58,766 nt of DNA from Candidatus Uhrbacteria bacterium (lineage in GTDB: Bacteria; Patescibacteriota; Patescibacteriia; 2-12-FULL-60-25), in NCBI GenBank assembly GCA_009691315.1, contig SICT01000001.1:1-58766 (forward strand), in the 5' to 3' direction. The position numbers and the translations under genes were made by a program. The notes under the pieces are model-generated. The model was given only the letters and a program-made list of their open reading frames with translations, had not been told where the DNA came from and ran no database searches. Numbering within the stretch: the first letter of the stretch is position 1; each line of letters begins with the position of its first letter. This document shows positions 54,163 through 58,766 of the stretch, in pieces.

Positions 54163-55695
54163 ATGAATAACATCTTATTGGTTATTTTGACACTTATTGG
54201 TGCCGCGATTGGGATTGCGGTTGGATATACTGTGCGCGATGGTAAAGGCAAACGTGATGCGGCCAATGCCGAGTCAAAAGCGCATGACATTGTGAAGCAA
54301 GCAGAGGAAAAACAGGTAGAAGTTTTGCAAAAAGCTAAAGAAAAAGCCATCAAAATTTTAGAGGATGCGCGGTTGGAAGAAAAACGTGTACTTGAAGAAC
54401 TCAAGACACAACAGCTTGAATTGATTGAACGTGAAAAAACATTTAGCAAACAGTTGCTGGCAATTGACGAGAGCAAGGCTACGGTCGATGCTATTAAAAC
54501 CAAGTTGACCGAAGAAACGGCGCGCGTCGAGTCACTCAAACTAGAAGAATTAAAAAAATTAGAAGAGGTTTCTGGCCTGACCAAGGAAAAAGCCTTAGAA
54601 CGCGTCATCAGCTCGGTTGAGGTTCAATATCAAGATGATTTGATGGGACGCTTGCGTAAGTTGGATGAAATGGCAGCAGATGAAATTGACCGAAAAGCAA
54701 AAAATATTTTAGCCTTGGCCGTTCAACGTCAAGCGTCTTCGCATGTGGCGGAAACGACCACAACACATGTGGAAATTCCAAGCGAAGAAATGAAGGGACG
54801 TATTATTGGACGCGAAGGACGTAACATTAAAGCGATTGAATTGCTCACCGGTTGTGAACTCATTATCGATGACACACCTGGCGTGGTCACCGTTTCCGGT
54901 TTCTCCCCAATTCGTCGACAAGTTGCCCGACGTGCACTTGAAAAATTGATCACCGATGGCCGCATTCATCCCGGACGCATTGAGGAATTTGTCGAGGAAT
55001 CCAAAAAAGAATTAGCTCTTGATATTAAAAAAGCCGGTGAAGATGCACTGTTTCAATTGGGAATTTCTATGGCTGGCATTGATCCAAAGCTCATTCAAAT
55101 TTTGGGTCGTTTAAAATATCGCACCAGCTACGGACAAAACGCCCTCATGCACTCGATGGAAGTGGCGAATCTTGGAGCCCTGCTCGCCGAAGAGCTTGGA
55201 GCGAATGTTTCCGTGTGCAAAAAAGGCGGGTTATTCCATGATGTGGGTAAAGCCGTGGATCACGATATGCAAGGAAGCCATCCAGAACTCGGTTATCAAA
55301 TCATGAAAAAATTTGGTTTTCCAGAAGAAATTTGTTATCAATCCATCAGTCATCACGAAGATAAACCGAAAACGATTGAGGGCGTCATTGTCAAAGCCGC
55401 TGATGCGATTTCCGGTGCCCGTCCTGGCGCACGCAAAGACTCGCTCGAATTTTACGTGAAGCGTTTGGAAGAATTGGAAGCCGTAGCCACATCATTTGAA
55501 GGAGTCGATAAAGTCTATGCCATTCAAGCCGGTCGTGAGATTCGCGTGTTTGTGAATCCAAAAGCGATTGATGATTTCTCTTCCGTCAAACTCGCCCGTG
55601 ACATCGCCAATAAAATTGAAGCAGAATTAAAATATCCTGGCGAAGTCCGTGTAACGGTCATCCGCGAAACCCGCGTGATCGAATACGCAAAGTAA
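54163..55695 (+). CDS. rny: Ribonuclease Y
   Basis: It has an N-terminal TM helix, a coiled-coil, a KH domain (IIGREGRNIKA) and an HD domain (...LFHDVGKA...SHHED...). Confidence 0.93.
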   Translation: MNNILLVILTLIGAAIGIAVGYTVRDGKGKRDAANAESKAHDIVKQAEEKQVEVLQKAKEKAIKILEDARLEEKRVLEELKTQQLELIEREKTFSKQLLAIDESKATVDAIKTKLTEETARVESLKLEELKKLEEVSGLTKEKALERVISSVEVQYQDDLMGRLRKLDEMAADEIDRKAKNILALAVQRQASSHVAETTTTHVEIPSEEMKGRIIGREGRNIKAIELLTGCELIIDDTPGVVTVSGFSPIRRQVARRALEKLITDGRIHPGRIEEFVEESKKELALDIKKAGEDALFQLGISMAGIDPKLIQILGRLKYRTSYGQNALMHSMEVANLGALLAEELGANVSVCKKGGLFHDVGKAVDHDMQGSHPELGYQIMKKFGFPEEICYQSISHHEDKPKTIEGVIVKAADAISGARPGARKDSLEFYVKRLEELEAVATSFEGVDKVYAIQAGREIRVFVNPKAIDDFSSVKLARDIANKIEAELKYPGEVRVTVIRETRVIEYAK

Positions 55696-55708
55696 ATCCA
55701 AACCTGCC

Positions 55709-57703
55709 ATGCAGAAAATTCAGAAATACACTCTCCTATTGGTGAGTGTTCTTGCTCTGCAATCCATCCTCCAGACCATTTTTTATTATCTTGGATGGCA
55801 TTTGGGATGGATGACGGATGTGGGAAGCTTCGTTTTGAGTTTGGGAATTCTTATTCTCGTTCTCAAGCGTCACGGGTCCTGCCACGGCGCCACCCACTCC
55901 GTACTCGTCCCGCGACGGGACTCCGTGCTGAGCGGGGCCCGTCGCCGTGTCACCCGTGATGTCGTATTTCTCCTTCTATCTGTTTTAGTGACGATTTTCA
56001 TCCTCTGGACCACGATTACGCACGCCACAACAGAATCCATCCGCACCCCTTGGCCCTTACTTGGATCGGCAACGTTGATCGCTCTCGCTATTTCTTTTTT
56101 AAGTTTGATTTTAGTTGCGTGGAAATCCCGTTCGATCATTTGCACCGCTTTCGCAAGCACCCTCACAATCATGAGTGTGACATTCATCACGCCGCTCCTA
56201 TACAAACTTGGCTTTGGCTTTGATGGTTTCCTGCATCGTGCCAGCGAAAATATTATATTACAAACCGGCACGCTCGATCCGCATCCTGCTTACTATATTG
56301 GTCAATATGTATTTGTCACCTGGCTTTCGCGCGTGACAACCATCCCGCTCCATTTCATGGACATCTGGCTTGTCCCGCTCGCGGCTCTCCTTATCCCCTT
56401 CTTTTTGTTGTTGATGGATCTTCCCTCATCATACAAACGCGTGATGCTCGTCACACTTCCACTTCTCCTTCCATTCACACCATTGATCGTCACCACTCCA
56501 CAATCTTTTGCCTATCTGCTGGGCTTTTTTGCCCTTTGTACTGCTTTAGGATATCGATCAAACCAACTCCCTTTGATCGTTCCCCTGTCACTTGTTGCTT
56601 GGTCACTCGTCACACACCCTCTCGCCGGAATTCCATTTTTGGGAGCCGTGATCGGCATTTTACTCATGGCAACGGGTGAGGCATCCCTGCATCGCGAGAC
56701 TGCGGGCAGCGAGCAGGGCGGGGATGCCTCACCCGTTGCACGACAGCTTGTTTATCTTGCCATCATTATTTTAACATCCGCCACGATTCCCCTTCTGTTT
56801 TTCTTTACCAATGGTTTTTCTTTTCACTCATACTCGATCCTTAATACTTTATACTCAATACTCACGCCACCGATCATCCACGTTTCTTTTTGGATCGATT
56901 GGTCCGCATTTATTGATTATCTGTTCCCATTCATGCTGATCTTGCTCGCGTTCTTTTCACATAAAAATCGACAAGCCTGTTTTCTTCTTTTTCTTGGTCT
57001 TGGAATGACCGTCGCGAGTCTTATCCTGAAAGCCACCGGCAATTTCTCCTTCTTGATTGATTATGAACGCTCAAACTACGCAGATCGATTATTGATTCTG
57101 GCACAGCTCTTTCTCCTCATTCCTGCGTTGATTGGAAGCACTACAATCATTCATCAATGGAAACGCATCTCAATCTTTCCTGTCGCCTTCTGCTTGATCA
57201 TCCTCGCCGCTTGGTTTTCTGCGCGTGCCTATTTCACTTTTCCACGCCATGATGCCGCAATCACCGGTCATGCTTGGAGCATGGGACAAGCGGATATCGA
57301 TGCCGTACGCTGGATAGAACAAAATGCCCAAGGCAAACCCTACACGGTGCTAGCCAATCAATCAGTCAGTGCCGCAGCCATCCAAGAATTTGGATTTAAA
57401 CGGTACACGGATAAAAATATTTTTTATTATCCGATTCCAACGGGTGGCCCTCTCTATCAACACTTTCTTGAGGCGAGCAGCGTAAACCCTCAGAATGAAC
57501 ACGCCACACAGCAAGCGATACGACAAGCTTCGCAACTCGGAAAAAGTGACTTGGTCTATGTAGTGATAAATAATTATTGGTGGGATGCCGAAAATGTAAA
57601 CAGGTGGTTATCCCATATCACCACTGACCCTGTTGGTGTAATCCGAAATGGGAAAATACGTATTTATGAGTTTGATCTTAGCAATCCTAATATCTTCTTT
57701 TGA
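55709..57703 (+). CDS. Large polytopic membrane protein with a C-terminal soluble domain (GT-C-like architecture, function unknown)
   Basis: The 664-aa product has many TM helices and ~150 soluble C-terminal residues. It lies beside a GT4 gene. The family assignment is by architecture only. Confidence 0.55.
   Translation: MQKIQKYTLLLVSVLALQSILQTIFYYLGWHLGWMTDVGSFVLSLGILILVLKRHGSCHGATHSVLVPRRDSVLSGARRRVTRDVVFLLLSVLVTIFILWTTITHATTESIRTPWPLLGSATLIALAISFLSLILVAWKSRSIICTAFASTLTIMSVTFITPLLYKLGFGFDGFLHRASENIILQTGTLDPHPAYYIGQYVFVTWLSRVTTIPLHFMDIWLVPLAALLIPFFLLLMDLPSSYKRVMLVTLPLLLPFTPLIVTTPQSFAYLLGFFALCTALGYRSNQLPLIVPLSLVAWSLVTHPLAGIPFLGAVIGILLMATGEASLHRETAGSEQGGDASPVARQLVYLAIIILTSATIPLLFFFTNGFSFHSYSILNTLYSILTPPIIHVSFWIDWSAFIDYLFPFMLILLAFFSHKNRQACFLLFLGLGMTVASLILKATGNFSFLIDYERSNYADRLLILAQLFLLIPALIGSTTIIHQWKRISIFPVAFCLIILAAWFSARAYFTFPRHDAAITGHAWSMGQADIDAVRWIEQNAQGKPYTVLANQSVSAAAIQEFGFKRYTDKNIFYYPIPTGGPLYQHFLEASSVNPQNEHATQQAIRQASQLGKSDLVYVVINNYWWDAENVNRWLSHITTDPVGVIRNGKIRIYEFDLSNPNIFF
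55870..55959. repeat. GC-rich concentric-palindrome element in frame within the membrane-protein gene
   Basis: The nested arms are tcacgggt/acccgtga (55870-77 / 55952-59), cacggcg/cgccgtg (55883-89 / 55943-49) and a central gtcccg-cga-cgggac (55907-21). The element encodes HGSCHGATHSVLVPRRDSVLSGARRRVTRD. Confidence 0.7.
56669..56739. repeat. GC-rich element with 19-bp perfect inverted arms in frame within the membrane-protein gene
   Basis: The arms gcaacgggtgaggcatccc and gggatgcctcacccgttgc are separated by 33 nt. By my count 50 of 71 nt are G+C. The element encodes ~ATGEASLHRETAGSEQGGDASPVA. Confidence 0.8.
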
Positions 57704-58737
57704 TACTCCTCAGGATCATGTTGTTTCGCGATTTCGTACATACGTTCTGATTGTTGACGGTACCCAACAGGATCTTTCGTCAACCGTTCGATTGATTCCA
57801 CCCAAGCGGACACATCATAAAACGTCACGCACCACGTCGACTCTCCCAGAGTTTCCATGATGCCACCAAGATTGGAAGCGATGAGCGGAAGACCAACGGA
57901 GGCCGCTTCTAAAATCACGGTTGGTTGATTTTCTACAATTTGTGATGGTACGAGCAGGATATCTGCTTGTTTCATTTTTTCTAAGACTTGATCAGACGCC
58001 AGAGCGCCAAAATATCTTACCTGTGCTCCAACCTGTTTGATCCTCTCACGATCTGGCCCATCACCCACGATCCATAATTCATAGGCTGACGATAATTTTT
58101 GTCCTAACTTGATCAACACATCACTCCCCTTTTCTTTCGAGATATGACCGACGAAAAGCAAACGGATCGGCGTATGCGGCACATGTCGATCAACGTGTTT
58201 GATTATGGGCCCAGGATTTGGCAAGACGATTGCCTGTGATTTTTTTCGATTGATGACACCACGACGCTCGTGCTGTTTTAACAACCATTCCGTTGGTGAG
58301 ATAACAATCTCTGGATTCCCTAGATACGTCACCCGCATCACTCCCCAAAAAATTTGCCACGGAGTGATCGTTCGTTCATCTTGCAACTGTCCAGATGGCT
58401 CAAATAGCTGAACATCATGCAACACATGGATCCATTGAATCTTGTGTGCTTGAATCGCTCGTGGCGTTCCGAATCCGCAGCCCGTCAAATTATGCGTGAG
58501 CAAAACATCGGGTTTCCAAGCAAGCATCTCGTTGACCGTTTGTTCCTGCGCTTTTAAATCCTTCAGATGATGTTTGAGCCGCGACCATGCGCCATCTTGC
58601 AACCATGAACAATCCGGTGACCAAACACGAACTTCGTGATCGGCTTGCTTTAGCATCTCCACCTGCCGTTCCGCGATCTGCGCCGCCCCACCTTGATGAA
58701 CGGGCGGGTAGGCATTTGTTAAAACGGCGACGCGCAT
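57664..58737 (-). CDS. Glycosyltransferase family 4
   Basis: The start is MRVAVLTNAYPPVHQGGAAQ... and the C-terminal region ...PSQIVENQPTVILEAASVGLPLIAS is the E-x7-E-like region. Its 3' end overlaps the convergent membrane-protein gene by 40 nt. Confidence 0.85.
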   Translation of the reverse strand: MRVAVLTNAYPPVHQGGAAQIAERQVEMLKQADHEVRVWSPDCSWLQDGAWSRLKHHLKDLKAQEQTVNEMLAWKPDVLLTHNLTGCGFGTPRAIQAHKIQWIHVLHDVQLFEPSGQLQDERTITPWQIFWGVMRVTYLGNPEIVISPTEWLLKQHERRGVINRKKSQAIVLPNPGPIIKHVDRHVPHTPIRLLFVGHISKEKGSDVLIKLGQKLSSAYELWIVGDGPDRERIKQVGAQVRYFGALASDQVLEKMKQADILLVPSQIVENQPTVILEAASVGLPLIASNLGGIMETLGESTWCVTFYDVSAWVESIERLTKDPVGYRQQSERMYEIAKQHDPEEYQKKILGLLRSNS

Positions 58738-58766
58738 ACTTCTTGATAGATTTTCATCAATCCATC

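Noticed and set aside
54156-54608. A 150-aa minus-strand ORF opposite the 5' part of rny.
   Set aside because: Its Ser/Ala-rich low-complexity translation mirrors the Glu/Lys-rich coiled-coil of RNase Y on the other strand, so it is an antisense artefact.
1-58766. Alternative genetic code (UGA recoding, as in some CPR lineages).
   Set aside because: Conserved genes end at TGA in ATGA overlaps (mnmA/deacetylase and purL/purQ). All conserved proteins are full length with the standard code.

Overview
The window looks like a compact, mostly minus-strand fragment of a small bacterial genome in the style of the Candidate Phyla Radiation (Patescibacteria). The supporting signs are 4-8 nt gene overlaps, N-terminally extended ribosomal proteins, shortened housekeeping enzymes, calcium-binding-repeat surface proteins and one giant secreted protein. 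The taxonomic placement is inference only. The standard genetic code is in use, because TGA serves as a stop in ATGA overlaps.

Recognisable content, in order:
- A glycosyltransferase and flippase pair.
- A ribosomal/RNAP block: infA-rpmJ-rpsM-rpsK-rpsD-rpoA-rplQ-rplM-rpsI.
- A PaaX/Cas2-fold regulator bracketed by palindromes.
- alaS, mnmA and rlmN.
- A cell-wall set: polysaccharide deacetylase, DD-carboxypeptidase and L,D-transpeptidase.
- A coupling-protein-like ATPase with a membrane partner.
- A visibly more GC-rich block carrying a lipoprotein gene, purM, purQ and a purS-purS-purL fusion.
- A nusA-yidC-secD-secF operon.
- A Met/Cys-rich lipoprotein.
- A 3129-aa cysteine-rich secreted protein with an upstream repeat protein.
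- hsp20 and a VanW-family gene.
- A DHFR-family gene, gdh, trxB and trxA.
- Three tandem beta-carbonic-anhydrase-like genes.
- infB, truB and rny.
- A large polytopic membrane protein and a second glycosyltransferase.

I found no rRNA, tRNA, CRISPR array, transposase or integrase.

The observations most worth a second look are:
1. GC-rich nested-palindrome elements of about 70-90 nt sit in frame inside truB and inside a membrane-protein gene, behaviour like that of Rickettsia palindromic elements.
2. SecD carries tandem parvulin (PPIase) modules inserted in its periplasmic head.
3. Three divergent beta-CA-signature genes lie in a row.
4. The giant protein contains a recurrent C-x6-C-x2-aromatic module.
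5. The partial purine pathway sits in a GC-rich island bounded by a cluster of hairpins.
6. Composite palindromes flank the Cas2-fold regulator.
7. A 372-nt convergent spacer has its own promoter, RNA structure and terminator.
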